Source: Rhodosorus marinus CCMP1338 (taxonomy: Eukaryota; Plantae; Rhodophyta). Taken from it: 64,000 nt of DNA. The translations under genes and the position numbers were made by a program. The notes beneath the pieces were generated by a model that was given only the letters and a program-made list of their open reading frames with translations, had not been told where the DNA came from and ran no database searches. The stretch covers positions 1,302,001 through 1,366,000 of the forward strand of contig JAMWBK010000010.1 of NCBI GenBank assembly GCA_029953675.1, in the 5' to 3' direction. Of the stretch, positions 36,878 to 49,497 are shown piece by piece; the stretch's first letter is position 1; every line of letters starts with the position of its first letter.

Positions 36878-38971
36878 ATGCATCGTTTCGGCGGTCTTCT
36901 ATGGAGTCGTGCGCCCTTGGCAGGAAGTGGTCGGAGATACGCTTCTTCGCAGCTGAAACAAGGGATCAGAAGCCGAGCATCTACAGACAGAAGAGAGAAG
37001 CAGGGTGGTGAAGAAAGCGCATCCTCTGCTAATGGGGAGCGTCAGGACCAAATGCCAGGTGGATTGCTTGAGCAACCTCCTGCCCCGTCGGATGATGTCT
37101 CTGATCAAAGTGACCAGCTGTTCGATCGTATCAAAGATATCGGGACTTCAGGTCCGCCTTCGAGCTTTGAAGACGACCGAGAACAAACGGCCAAACAGGA
37201 CGAGGTAGTGCGTGACTTTCAACAAGAATTGAAGCAAATGGCAAGTATCTCGAAGCGGTCTAGAAGTGGAAGAGGGTCTTCAGAGGCGGGACCGCCAGGA
37301 CTTGTGGAAGATGCATGGAAAGTTGCCAGAAAGCAAGGGAAGCAACTCGGCGTCCAGGATGATTCTTCCAGCATGCGAGAGGGATCAAAATTTTCCACTA
37401 GCGAAAGAAGGTCACCGGGTATGGATCAAGACACACTGATGTCGTTAATGGCGAGCAGGGGGGATACAGCTGATCGTGCAGCGCTGGTCATTCGGGAAAT
37501 TGAAAAGTCTGCACGAATTTCAAGCAGCGCAAACCTTCGAAAACTTGAACGAATCGTTCGGGAAGATTTTGACTTCAACAGGAAACTTGTTTCCAGTTTG
37601 ATTAGTGGATACTCCAATGCAGGTGACTACGGAGGGTCGGGAAAATTGTTCTTGAGTCTCCCCCAAAACGCCAAGACCGGGGCAGTCACGCGAAGCTGGT
37701 TATCCGCAAGTTTGAACGTCAAAAACGCCCCGGCTATTGCAGAAATCTCCTCCGCAATGTTTGACAGCAAGACATACATGACAAACGAACAGATGGACGA
37801 GGTCGTCAACTTGCTCATCAGCTTCAAAATGTATGAGCAAGTCATGCGTGTTCTAGGTCAGCAAGCTACGGTGTTCCCTCCAGAGAGAATTGGCTGCGTG
37901 CGTAACAACATACTGAAGGCCATCACGCATCTCGTCGACGAAGACATGCACGACTTTGCCGCGTATCAGCTCGTTAGTGTACTTTCGAAATCGGGTTTAA
38001 GGTTCGATCGGGCTATTCTGGAGGCAGCGGTCAAATGCATGGCCGGGGAGCCCGCTAGGATAGAGGCAACAATCGCATCTGTACAGGAGACTGCGTCACG
38101 AGCACCTTCCGACAAAACCTGGGAAGTACTCGCGAACGCTTATGCTTCGTTGGGAGATATTCTGTCAACTAATCTTACAATAGCGAGGGCCGCATATGCA
38201 GGAGCGAGATATGTAGGCCCTCGAGTCGTAATTCGGCTCTACGGAAAATCGGGACAGACTGCAGGTGTCTTGAGAGAGTTTCAATCCATTAAGAAACCTT
38301 GCTTAGGTGACTTCAACCTTATACTTCGAAGCGGGCTAACTGCTGAGCAAGTTCTTCCTGAAATACATCGGCACTCGCTCATTCCCAACGGCGAGACGTT
38401 TGGCATCCTGTCGGCAATCGTGTACAAACGACGGGGAGCGGACTTGAAGGCTCTTTCCCGGATAGTTGATTCTATGCGAGCTGTGAAGGTCGACGTCCAC
38501 GACGTAGAGTACAAGAGAGAACTGTTTACTGAGTTGGTGAACACCTATGACGAGGAAGAAGTACTCAGCGTTCTAGCATTCCTGGACCAATTCAGCAATG
38601 ACTATGGGAGAGATGTTGCCTCGAGGTTGATCAGGGCTTTAATCCGGCACAACAAACTGGAGGAAGCGGAGAAAATAGCTACAAAGCGTGAACTTGACGA
38701 TAGTGGCAAAGAAGCCCTAAGCTTTGGATACATGAGGAAGGGTAACGTGAAAGCGGCTGAGGTTTGGGCAAACATGGTGCACGAAAGAAGCGAAGCACTT
38801 GAGAACGCCATCTCCCGAGCTTCGGAGGTGACACCGGAGTCCAAAACGTGGTCACCGTCTGCAAAGAGGAAGAAGAGCTACGAGTTGAAGACTACAAATT
38901 CCTTCCTCACGTCGTTGGAGAAACAGCCGAAAGTTTCCGAAGCTACGGAACAGGAGTGGTGGACCGTGTAG
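36878..38971 (+). CDS. Pentatricopeptide-repeat-like protein, probably mitochondrial, intronless
   Basis: Arg/Ser-rich presequence MHRFGGLLWSRAPLAGSGRRYASS. Degenerate PPR helices (VSSLISGYSNAGDY, VIRLYGKSGQ, IPNGETFGIL, LIRALIRHNKLEEA). Confidence 0.72.
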   Translation: MHRFGGLLWSRAPLAGSGRRYASSQLKQGIRSRASTDRREKQGGEESASSANGERQDQMPGGLLEQPPAPSDDVSDQSDQLFDRIKDIGTSGPPSSFEDDREQTAKQDEVVRDFQQELKQMASISKRSRSGRGSSEAGPPGLVEDAWKVARKQGKQLGVQDDSSSMREGSKFSTSERRSPGMDQDTLMSLMASRGDTADRAALVIREIEKSARISSSANLRKLERIVREDFDFNRKLVSSLISGYSNAGDYGGSGKLFLSLPQNAKTGAVTRSWLSASLNVKNAPAIAEISSAMFDSKTYMTNEQMDEVVNLLISFKMYEQVMRVLGQQATVFPPERIGCVRNNILKAITHLVDEDMHDFAAYQLVSVLSKSGLRFDRAILEAAVKCMAGEPARIEATIASVQETASRAPSDKTWEVLANAYASLGDILSTNLTIARAAYAGARYVGPRVVIRLYGKSGQTAGVLREFQSIKKPCLGDFNLILRSGLTAEQVLPEIHRHSLIPNGETFGILSAIVYKRRGADLKALSRIVDSMRAVKVDVHDVEYKRELFTELVNTYDEEEVLSVLAFLDQFSNDYGRDVASRLIRALIRHNKLEEAEKIATKRELDDSGKEALSFGYMRKGNVKAAEVWANMVHERSEALENAISRASEVTPESKTWSPSAKRKKSYELKTTNSFLTSLEKQPKVSEATEQEWWTV

Positions 38972-40005
38972 TGGCAGCTCGACCTGCCTTAGTTTAGTAG
39001 TACTTGAAAGCTTCGTACTACTGGTTCGGCAGTAGCAGTCTAGTTCGGAAGTGTACAAAGTTTTAGGATATTGAGGAGAAGACCAGAACCTGAGGTTCAC
39101 ATGTACTCAAGTTCAAAGCCAATGAAGACCAGACTTTCAACACCTGGATACTCCGTCAGACAGCTCAACTGCTGGCTCTCAAGAAGACCGGCTTAAATAA
39201 GAGAGTAACATCATCGTCCAGAGAAACAGACTGCTGTCCTCGTTTTGATGAACGGAGCATTTACAATGCTATCCTCCTGAGGCATCACCCTGAGCTGCGG
39301 TGATGCCGATAGCGCCCAAATCCATCGTCGCTTTCTCGCTAATGGGTAATACGGTAGGGAATTCCTTTACGAGGTGTCTTGAGTAACCAACCGTTTCCGT
39401 TCCATCGAGCAGCTGAAATGGACACCACTACGGGTCAATCGGTCTAGCCGAATGTCGGGGATACGAGAGCCGGCTTGCCATTCGAACCAGCCTTACAAGA
39501 AAAAATTTAACCCTGTGTTTATAATTCCAGTTCAACAAATACACGGATAATAACGAGCACGACCTTGTCGTTTTCCGGCGGGCTTCGCATCACTTAATGG
39601 TCGCAAAGGTGTTTGTCCGTCATCATCATCAAGAACCAGCATGACCTTTGAAGATTGGAGCGGTTTCCCTCAGAACAACTGCAAGAGACTCCTCAATAAG
39701 AACTTTTTCCAGACCGAGCGCTGTGGGTTACTTGCTTGGCTGGAAGATTATTGCCCATCGTCAACCGATTTGCGTCTCGGAGCTGGTGAGGTCTGTGAAG
39801 TTACCTGTTTAATTGTATAGTTGGTTGCGAACCGGGAGAAGTTGGAAGGTCATCCTCGGTATGTACGGGAGATGGAACAAAGGCTGAATGGATTGGTTTA
39901 GGTCGGTGTCAAATGGCCTTCCTTTGTATGAGGTTACCGTAGGCCTCAAAAGGAGCTTGGGAATGCCAGTCTATGTCATGCACTGAACAGAACGGAGCTC
40001 TCTGT

Positions 40006-41383
40006 ATGGATGCATTCAATACCTCCGAACTCGCTCCTTCCAGTATGAACTCGCTTTCGCACGAGTCCTTCTCTTTTGCGCTCTGTTGCTAATCTGTGGG
40101 TTGACGATTTTACTTGTTCCCGTTAGGTGAGATTGCTCCGGTGGGTTGTATTCCGTACGAGAAGGACTACGAAGGATATTGGCGCGCTCTTAGGGGAGCT
40201 ATCGAGCGCGAGGAAATTTCCGATAGAGGAGCTGTTATATCAGACTTGATTATTGACTACAATCCTGGCCACTATACGGCGTGGGAATACCGACGGAAGT
40301 GGTCAGTGCAGGAAGGACTTGTCAACGAAGAGATCCAATATGCCGCTGAGCAAGTCGTTTCCAATCCAAAGAACTATCAAGTCTGGCATCACCATCGTCG
40401 CCTTGTTGAGATCCTGGACAAGCCTGTCGATGCTCTCGAGCTAACGCGGAACAGCCTGGAAGAGGATGCTAAGAACTACCACGCGTGGAGCTACAGGCAG
40501 TGGATTGTGAAGAAATTCGATCTTTTTTCGGTTCGTTTTCGAGCGGCAGGGCCCAAACCACTGGAGCTTGTCGGTCGGGAACCAGAAACTCATTCCCGTT
40601 GTGACCCGGTTTTTTTTCCTCCGCTTGACGTAGAATGAGCATGAGTTTGTCTCCAAGTTCATCGATGCTGATGTCAGGAATAACTCAGCGTGGAACTATA
40701 GATACTTCCTGATCAGAGAGACAAAATTCGGTCCTCATTCTCATTTCGTTGAAGAACCTAGTCTGGTCCAGGAGACAAGTTACGCGATCCGGAAATCGCG
40801 TCTAGCTCCACACAATGAGTCGCCCTGGAACTACATCCGCGCACTCACGAGGCTCGCGAGGATGCCCCTGGTGGACGTCGTAGGCCTGGTGGACGCGTTG
40901 CGGGACTCAAATCCGCAGGCGACAATCGACAACAGATTTGCGGCGCACCTGTACGCTGACATACTCGCGGAATCCGACTCTCGCGCAGACAAGGAAGCTG
41001 CTGCAAAGCTATTTCAGTAAGTAGCTACACGCATTTTCGCCAATACCTCCCACCAGGCTTTTCTCCGTTTTGCGCGGATTACATATTGCCCCTTCCCTCG
41101 CCACAAAATTACACCACAACGTCTTGGATTGCTCACTTGCTTCACAGGCATTTACATTCCTGACGAAAGGCTTGGAAACAGAAAAGCAGTTCTTAGGACG
41201 AACTCATTAGACTTGAGCTCTCGAAGTCTATCAAGAAGTTTCTCCCCTGTCCAACAAAGAACTTAAAAGGCAATGATTTCGTGTTCTCGTCTTTCTAGGA
41301 ATCTAAGAGACAGTGATCCGTGCCGTCGGCGATATTGGGATCACAAACTTTCCACTATACAGAAATCCATCTCCAGATCCTGA
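40006..41383 (+). CDS. FNTA: Protein farnesyltransferase/GGTase-I alpha subunit; introns at about 40043-40126, 40530-40633 and 41017-41298
   Basis: PPTA repeats NPGHYTAWEYRR, NPKNYQVWHHHR, DAKNYHAWSYRQW, DVRNNSAWNYRYF, PHNESPWNYI; terminal DP.RRRYW. Confidence 0.92.
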
Positions 41384-41566
41384 AATCGATAGGCCTTGGC
41401 ACCGATTTCAGGGGCTCCGCCAGAGTTTGCATGGCGCTGTTACAGTTCACTTCCTGTGGGGACCATTTTTAGTTCTCTGACATCTGCTTGTGCAACGCAG
41501 GATGCAGCCGAAGTACAGTTCACAATGTGGTCCGAAGTCACGACCGCGTATCGGCTCCTAGCCGGC

Positions 41567-41851
41567 TCAAAGGAATTCCGCGCTGAGAACGCGCGGGATG
41601 GAAGATGCAGAGTCTGGAAGATGCGCATGTTGTTCACCATTCCACGCGACTACACATGTCTCATGCGACACACTCCCCTTGTTCCTAAGGATTAAAAATT
41701 TCCGTTCAGGTCTGACTGCGGCATGGAAGCTCTTGGACAAAAACACTCTCTTCCAATTTAGAACGGGTCTCAATTGCCGTTCGATGGCGAATCTACCCCG
41801 CGCGGAGATTCTGCTGGGCGTGATGATCGCATCTCCTGAGCAAAATGCCAT
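41567..41851 (-). CDS. Possible small plastid-targeted protein; model unresolved
   Basis: MAFCSG start with Arg-rich N-terminus and a sense-strand G-rich leader at about 41980-42030. No recognisable domain. Confidence 0.2.
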   Translation of the reverse strand: MAFCSGDAIITPSRISARGRFAIERQLRPVLNWKRVFLSKSFHAAVRPERKFLILRNKGSVSHETCVVAWNGEQHAHLPDSASSIPRVLSAEFL

Positions 41852-44800
41852 GGAGCTGATGGCCACCACTGTCTATTCTTGGGGTGTTGAGCGAACGTCA
41901 TGATTTAATAGATCAGGAACGTTCTCCATAAGAAGAAACTAGTACCTCTCGTTTAAGGGTACTCAGCCCTCCGACTTGATCCCCAACCTCCCCAGTCCCT
42001 CCTTAAACGTGCACGCACCACCTTTTTTTAACCGCCAAGTCATCACTCTGCACAGGACTATAAAATTTCTCTATGAATCATCATACTCTATTTTTATGAG
42101 CAATTCTACTATTCCCAAAGTACCAGAATCCTGTAAATTCCATCTTGGGATCTGTTGATTCGTTACGCATTCATGTTGTTTGCCTAGTCTCACCAATAAA
42201 CGTCCGTCTATATTCGGACCGACAGGGCTCTCTCATCAAATTATTTCTAATTTCTTGGACCGCGAAGATTCCGTATGAGCTCTATTGGACTACGCTAAGT
42301 ATTATTGATTGACATACAAAATCTTTCTACCAATGAAAACAAGAACAGTTGTAGCTACCAAAATTTCTATTCTCTTATGTAAAATTGTAAGAATCTTCGC
42401 CCGAACGAGGATGAACGATTTTCGTGTGTTTTTTTTCCCGAATTTGAACCTTAAGATCTGAAATAGAGTAAAACGGTGAGCCTTTGGACCTCTTTGAGAA
42501 TCTCCGTTTCCTGTCCTGTCCCAAATGTGTTTTTTTGAAAAATGAACCCAACCAATGGCGTTTGAATGTTCCCACATGCCTTTGTACGATCCCTATTGGC
42601 CAAGGATATTCTTCCCTTCAAGTTTCCTTTCTCTGAAGATTCAAAGGCGTTCAAAAACATCCACTAGAAGAGAAACCCCTCCAAATTCTTTTTTGCCGCT
42701 GCCAGGTCAGATATATTAATCTTCTTAAATAAATTCTGCAGTCAGCACCCCAAGGGTCTTCTCGACGAAAGACGTTTTGACAGCTGGCCTTTTCTGGAAA
42801 GGTTTTACGAATATAAATGTGACACATGCTTCACCGGGGAACTTTTTTTATTGGAATCTCTTTTTTTTAAGGCTCTTCAATGGAATCCTGCCAATGAGAT
42901 ATCCAATCAGTATGGACGAGGGATGATTTCTGATGCCGACAATTACTGTATTTACAAAACTTTTACCATCGCTAGCAGTTCAAAAATGATGGTAGGCGGC
43001 GATATCACAACCAATCAAAGAAAACCCACCTCGAATTGCAAGAAACCAGATATTTCCAACAGCTCTCTTGTTTTTTATATGAAGCGGAATTGTTTTGTAG
43101 TTAATGGAATATTTTATTGGTTGTACTGGTTGCTGTGTTTTTGTGATCCACCTTTCTTTCCCCCACAACGCTTTCTGAGAAACGCAGCACTCGTTCGAAT
43201 CTGGTTTCCAAATGAGGATTCCGTAGTGAGATCGTTGATTTCTTCACATGATAGCCACCCCCCCCTCTTTCTTCATCGTACTGCTGCCAAAGCGCGTCCC
43301 AATTTGTTCTTTTGGTCTGTGTGCGATTCAAGTGTTGCTTTCTATGGAATCCATTGTTTTCCAAGTTTTATGAATAAAATAATTGCTATTACGATTTGGA
43401 CGAATAGAAAATCGAGAGAAAACTGGAAAGATACGGTGACATTCCATGATCCAATTTAAAAAACAAAAAATGGGAATTTTTTCCTACCAAAATTCCTATC
43501 GAGACCGGACGATTCCCTACGAAATTTCATCCATAATTGATACATCTGGCAACCCTTCCCGGTCTAGCTTCAAATTGCCGCTTTTTTAAATGAAAAAAAT
43601 ATCAGATTGCCCGTGCATTCTATATTGGAAAAAAAAGGCAAAAGACTCGGAGGGGGGAATTGGTGAGAGTCGTTCTCTTACATGTTTCTCGCATCAATTA
43701 TTTCTTCTTCATTTCTTAATATCTACACACACCCGTGTTTTTTCATGGTTTCCGCAACAGCACGTCCTCGATTTTCTATCAAATAATTCTTCAACAAAAT
43801 CATGAAAAAAGTATCACCAAGGATAGAGAACTCACAGGTTCAGTTAGAAACTGGCTTTTCCTTATTAAGCCAAGTTTTACCATTTTTCAAAGCTTCTTTC
43901 CACTTTTAGCTGTTGTTTTCTGCCCACCATGATCCAGACGCAGGACAACCATGAAAGGTTTTTCCTAAAAAAATTAGTTTTCCTAGACATCCGGAACAGC
44001 AAGCAGCCTTTAACATCAATTAACCGAGCAAATAGAAACAGGGGTTATATTCCTATATGAGTTCGCAATTGTACAGATCAAAGGGTAGCGAATGCATCGG
44101 ATAACTACAGAATATGCTTTTAATTATTTACATAATAGTGTTCTTTTGTATGTTTTACGAGGGGTAAATGATATAACGAAATGAAGGAATCTCCCAACCG
44201 TACCCCCCCTCGTTGAATATTGAACAACCCTATTAATGGGGATTTCTTTTCTTCCTGTTTTTTTTTTCTTTTCGAAATTCGGTTGACGAAATTGCATTGA
44301 ACGGGTAAAAGAAAGTCCCATTAGATTCAGCAAGAGCCAAAAAAAAGGGACACAGATTGTGCCGATTTGTTTTTTCCCCTTTACTTCTTTGAGCAGGCGA
44401 GTGATGAGGCAGGGGAAAGACGCGTATGTGTGTAGGGGTTGGAAGAGGTTTTTCTTTTTGGTGGGTGCGGAACAGGAGAGTAGGCAATGTGAACCGAAAT
44501 AAGGGTTGGGCAGAGAGAGGTGTAGTTGGGAGGTGAAGTTAGGGTTTTGTTTTTGACGGTGAGTCAGGGTAACTATAGTGGATTAATTGTTTAGAATCTT
44601 CTTTGGGTATTCGTTTGTCTTTACTATGTCCATGACTCGGTCTGGGGGACATGCTCCGGTAGGGCTTTTGACTGTGTACGGGTGCGGGAGGGTATAGGTT
44701 TGGGAGGGGAGAGGGGCGAGGTGGTGGTGAGATCGGTTGGAGGAAGCTGGCTGATGTAGATGAGAGAATTTTTGTAGTTCTGGTTGAAAGTAGCTTCGAG

Positions 44801-45003
44801 GGTGCATTCCACTTAGACATGAGCATGCGTGGTTTGGAGGTCAGTTGTAAAGTTTGTGGGCTGTGTTTAGTTGAGGATTCGTTTCAGGGAGGTGGAATCC
44901 GCAGATAGAGTTCGGGAGGTGTTGGCTTCGAGAAGCGATTGTGGAGTCGAGGGGAGAACAGGGCTGGGTAGGTCGGGCCAGGTCCACCAGGAGGGATCAC
45001 GGT

Positions 45004-47087
45004 ATGGGGGATAGTGTAGGTTTGTACATGCATGGCGCGGCTTGGGGCGTTCCGGTTGGGGACAAGGAGCATCGTCGGAGAGTGGATGATACTCGTAGGG
45101 ATGAGGACATCTTCTTTCCGTACTCGAGCAGCGTTTCGAACCCTTCAAACGACCCGTCAAACAGCTCCGATTTTAATAGTGGGAAGTTATCATCGCGGGC
45201 TTTCCTCAACGATGAGCGGCTGTTCTATGGGACTGACTTGTCGCCGGAATCTCCATGCGAGAGAGGAGGATCAATTTCCAATATGGTGAACAGCGTGCTT
45301 TCTTCACCCAACAAGGGACCTGCCAAGGCGATGGTACGAGACGTGAAAGGAACTCTTGGGGGAGGTGTCTGAGGGCTGAACATGATTGTTCTCTGTCATA
45401 TAGGGAGGAGGATTCTACTTTCCCGATCAGGAATATGTGTCTAATGTGCAGGAGAGAGGAGCAGAACACGATCTAGGATATGTAAGCAGATTCAGTAGTA
45501 TTTTCTCTGGCGAGGAGAGTGAGCCAGCTTTGATGGAGGTGAGCAGGCGGTCAGACTCGTTTTGATGGGCCAGAACAACAGGCTCCACTAACAGGCACTA
45601 ATTGGTGCGGAAATTTTTCAGACTCGGCAGAGCACACAAGAGTTTGAGAGGATTGTACAACAGAATTACGGCGATTTGAAAGTGACCGATGTGAAACGAA
45701 TAGCTGAGCCGAGTGGGATAAGCGGACAGGATGCGTCGTCCATTGCAATGTACCCAGACGAGCACCCCCAGGCGTGGTCGAAGGCCAGCCATAAGCCAAA
45801 GAAGGTGAGCGCATTCCTCCAAAAATGTCGTCGATGTGGCTTTGTGGCCTTGTCATCTCACAGTTGTTCTCTACTCTGAGCATAGGATGTGGCCGCATCA
45901 GAGAAGAAAGCCCTGAACAGAAATACCTCAAGCCCGCGAAGCGGAGGTACAAGCAACTACAAGCACGGATCTAATAAAAGTGATGACGGGGGAAGGCCAG
46001 AATTCCAATACCCCCTTCGACCCGGCTTCGCCGACTGTCAATACTACCTGAAGACTGGAAAATGCACCTATGGCGCCCGTTGCAAGTTTAATCATCCTGT
46101 GAGAGACGAAAGGTAGGCAGTATATGAGTATTTTTGCTCGTTGCTGGCGGATACTGTTAAACTCACTTGAAGTCTTAATTTGTTGTTGCCTCGAATAGGT
46201 TGGTTACTGCGTTGAATCGCCGGGATTGCTTCGATTTTGTGCAGACGGGAAAATGTCCATATGGTCGAAGCTGCAAGTACAACCATCCCAACCGCAAGGA
46301 TATGGCAGTCTTGGGGCTCGGGAACGGGGCACCGGACGCCGCCACGACTCGGGGCCGTATCCCAACAACAAATACCGGCCCTGCACTTCCGCGGTCCCCA
46401 ACCGGGGCTCCTACGAAGGGTGCTGCGGGGGCGGAAGAGCTAGGTCCGAACCCCTCACCAATGCCGCTGTCACCAAGGAACCGCATCGAGGCGGTGGCAC
46501 GAAACCCAAAGATTTCTAGCGTAGGGTTTGGGGATGGCACGCGGAAGTCATCTCCAGTGTACAACGGGCACCAAAGCCCTCCTGGTAAGCAATCGTTTCT
46601 CGTTGTTGCTGATGCGTATGTGGAGAGCCACTTGGGCATGTGGGCTTACGTGGGATTCTCTTTGTTAACAAGGTACGGGAACAACCCACGCTGGCGTCTC
46701 CAACCAAATTCCGTGGAGCAACGTCGTGAGCAAGCAGCCTCCTTCTACCGGGGAAACCGGACAGATGTTGGGAAGAGCCCACCAACTTCAAAACGCACGG
46801 CAGCCTGCGGGTACGTGGAAGCTCATCGAGGATTTTCCTGCAGCCCGACTGTCCCTGAGGGCTAAAATGTTCTCGTTCTTGTCCAAACCATAATAGCAGG
46901 ATTTGTGGACAACGGTGAAAGCTCACACATGTCCAGAGGTACGAACGCGTTTGGGTTTAACACCGCAATATCAGCGATTGAGAACGACGATGCTTTCAAC
47001 GCGTTGTACTACCGCGGTTCGATGAGCAACTTCGAGCAGGCACATGCTGCAGGCGACGTGAATAGTGTGAAAAAGTGGAAATTTTAG
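45004..47087 (+). CDS. Tandem CCCH zinc-finger RNA-binding protein (plant ZFN/HUA1-like fingers), about 7 exons
   Basis: [30 protein letters not shown] and [24 protein letters not shown] (C-x8-C-x5-C-x3-H). In-frame introns at about 45334-45403, 45539-45594, 45805-45885, 46113-46198, 46584-46671, 46810-46899. Confidence 0.85.
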
Positions 47088-48417
47088 GTGTGTCACGTGG
47101 GTTACACGTGAGGGGGATTGGTGGAAAGGGAATTGGAAGCTTTGAATCGGACACGTCAGGTTCGAAGGAATGAGGCATTCCTGTATATAAAGGATGCACC
47201 GCGCATTTTAGGTATTGGCTGGATGAATATCCTTGCATGACAGTGTGCGGGAGAAGTACCCCGGCCAAAAATTATACTGCTTTGGCTTGCAGAGATATGC
47301 TTCGAGGACATTGTGTTGCGTTGGAAGACAACAGGAAGGCCCTTTAGGAGTGAAAAGAGTTTGAGTTATATATTTGCCGTTAGTTTTCTATGTGCGTGTA
47401 TTGGACTAGCAACTAGGGTTTTCCCTGTACAAGACGTGAACTCTGCGCTGTTTTATTGTTTTTTTCTTTTGAAGAGAGAGATCGAGGTATAGGAATAATG
47501 TGTTCGTTTTTTTTTGTATGAGCTCGTGTAATTGTTATTGTGGATCGCAATAAACAGCCCTAATGAAGATAGTGCACTTTTTCTGAAGAGCTACGTGAGG
47601 AGCTTTGCGGACGGAATCACGCAACGGTTTGGATCTCTTGGAGTTGAGAACTTGCACGAAGGGGGGCCGCGAGCTGGGCTCGTTCCAAATCCTCGTAGTC
47701 TAGTTCATGTTCGCTAGTACAGCCGTTCTGTACTTGGACGTAGTACTATTGTGGAATATTTATTAGTTTATTCATATAATCTATGCCAGGATTGCAACTA
47801 GTACATCATCTACACTATATGCGGGGAGATGGGAGAAGTTTTTTACGGGCTTGCTCCTCTTCAAGGATGTGAAGGCACAGTGAAGACCGAGCTGAATGAA
47901 TTGATCTGTTCATATTCCAAAGGAATTCACTAGGCTACGCCAAGGAAGGGCGGTGATCTACGTACACCCCTTCCGTAGAGTAGGTCTTTATGCAAACCGA
48001 AAGAATCCCCAGTTTCGCGGACTGCGACTAGTGTCTTGAACCAGGCTGCGCAAGAAATTCCCGAGTAGGCTACGCCAAATTAATGCGGTCTGCCTGCTCG
48101 TCTCGAACACAAAGATTTCAAATCATGTAGCACAGCTGACGCCAACTTCGGAGACTTGCAGCGGAAAGAACTCCCCCCCTCACCGATGTGGACGCTATGA
48201 GCATTGGGAAACTGTAACCTTAGATTGGGGTTACGTCGATTGCTTGGCAGCGAAGGCTTGTGAGAAGGAAGATGATTACTTTCATTCTAAGATTGAGAAT
48301 CGTAGATAGCCTTCGGAGCTGACTGTGTGCGAAGTATTAGCCAGCAAATGGAATCTTTGAAGTGTTGAAGAGTGCCGGCTTTTGTTGTGATCGATGATGG
48401 GTCAGAGAGTGTGGGGG

Positions 48418-49497
48418 ATGGGTTTTTGCGTCGGAGGGGTCCGAGCGAGTATGAATCGGGCTAAGAGGATAGACGCTCATCCTTTGCAAAGCAAGTATCC
48501 TCAAAAGAGAACCTCGGGGATTTTCAACATGCCTCCAAAGCATTTCATAAATTTAACGAATGGAATTGAAACTCTCAGAGTGAGCACGGGGGTCGCTGGA
48601 GACCCGCATTTCATGGCAGCGTCGCATCACTTGCCGATGCAATCGACTAAGCCATGATCCTCTTTGTTTGTTAAAATCATTCAGGTGGTTAGAGAAGACC
48701 TGGAGGTACAAGACGCCATGTTCCTGCGGATTCAAAGCTCGCTTTGTGAGCGAGGCGCTTATGACAAAATCCTGATGGAAACTGATCACAACCTTCTCCT
48801 TCATCTAGGTGAGTGTTCTTCGCTTCCTTTTTAAAGCTCCTTTCCCTCGCGAGCCTTCTAATTGGATCGGACGCCAGCACATCCTCCGCCCTTTATGTCT
48901 TTGATCATATCCAGATGGAAGCTCCGCGAAGTGACAGTGCTTTGCCGTCACACCTGAAGTTCATTTTTTTCGTGTTCTTTGGATTGATTAGCGACCGGCC
49001 ATCCGTGTTACGTCTATGACTTGGCCTCGAGATCTAAACGGTACGGTGTACCCCGTGCGATTTGGTATGGACTGGAGTTTATAAAGTACGCGTGTGGATA
49101 TTGCTGGTTTGGCTCAGAATCCGAGTTGTTACAGTCGGAGGTTCTTCTTCGTGGGAAGAACGTTGCTGGTGAGTGGTGGAAAGTTATGCGACACACGGTG
49201 AGCAAACCTGTGAAGCAGCGACTCAAATACTACAGTGAGTTCGTTGAGGAGCTTGGAGTTCAAGAGCTTCGTGCGTATGGTGTCGTTGGACGCGCAACAG
49301 AGTACGATGGTTGCAAAGAAATATATGCGAAGATGGTCCGCGATTCGTACGAGCTCAACCCATCTGCTGCTGCCGACGAACAGCCGAGCAACGACGAGTT
49401 CCGACTGAGACTGGAGGAAAGCGGTTTGAGGGTTTTCGACCATACTGACCCATTTGAACATAATCTTCGTGAGTCAGCGAAGATGAAGCCTTTGTAA
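48418..49497 (+). CDS. Uncharacterised plastid-targeted protein, 263 aa; exons 48418-48579, 48685-48808, 48992-49497
   Basis: MGFCVGG transit-like start. Both GT-AG introns (105 and 183 bp) are phase-consistent and give HFINLTNGIETL..FLRIQSSLCE..LLLHLATGHPCYVYDLASR..GVPRAIWYG. Confidence 0.78.

Noticed and set aside
41379-41412. 10-bp stem overlapping the FNTA TGA as a readthrough or Sec signal
   Set aside because: Readthrough would add only two residues before a TAG, and there is no SECIS-like structure.
42851-43459. 202-aa plus-strand ORF with YGRGM
   Set aside because: TTG start, atypical composition, and antisense to a more protein-like decayed frame.
47094-47110. Paired CACGTG G-boxes
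   Set aside because: They lie just 3' of the CCCH gene and 1.3 kb from the next start; short motifs expected by chance.
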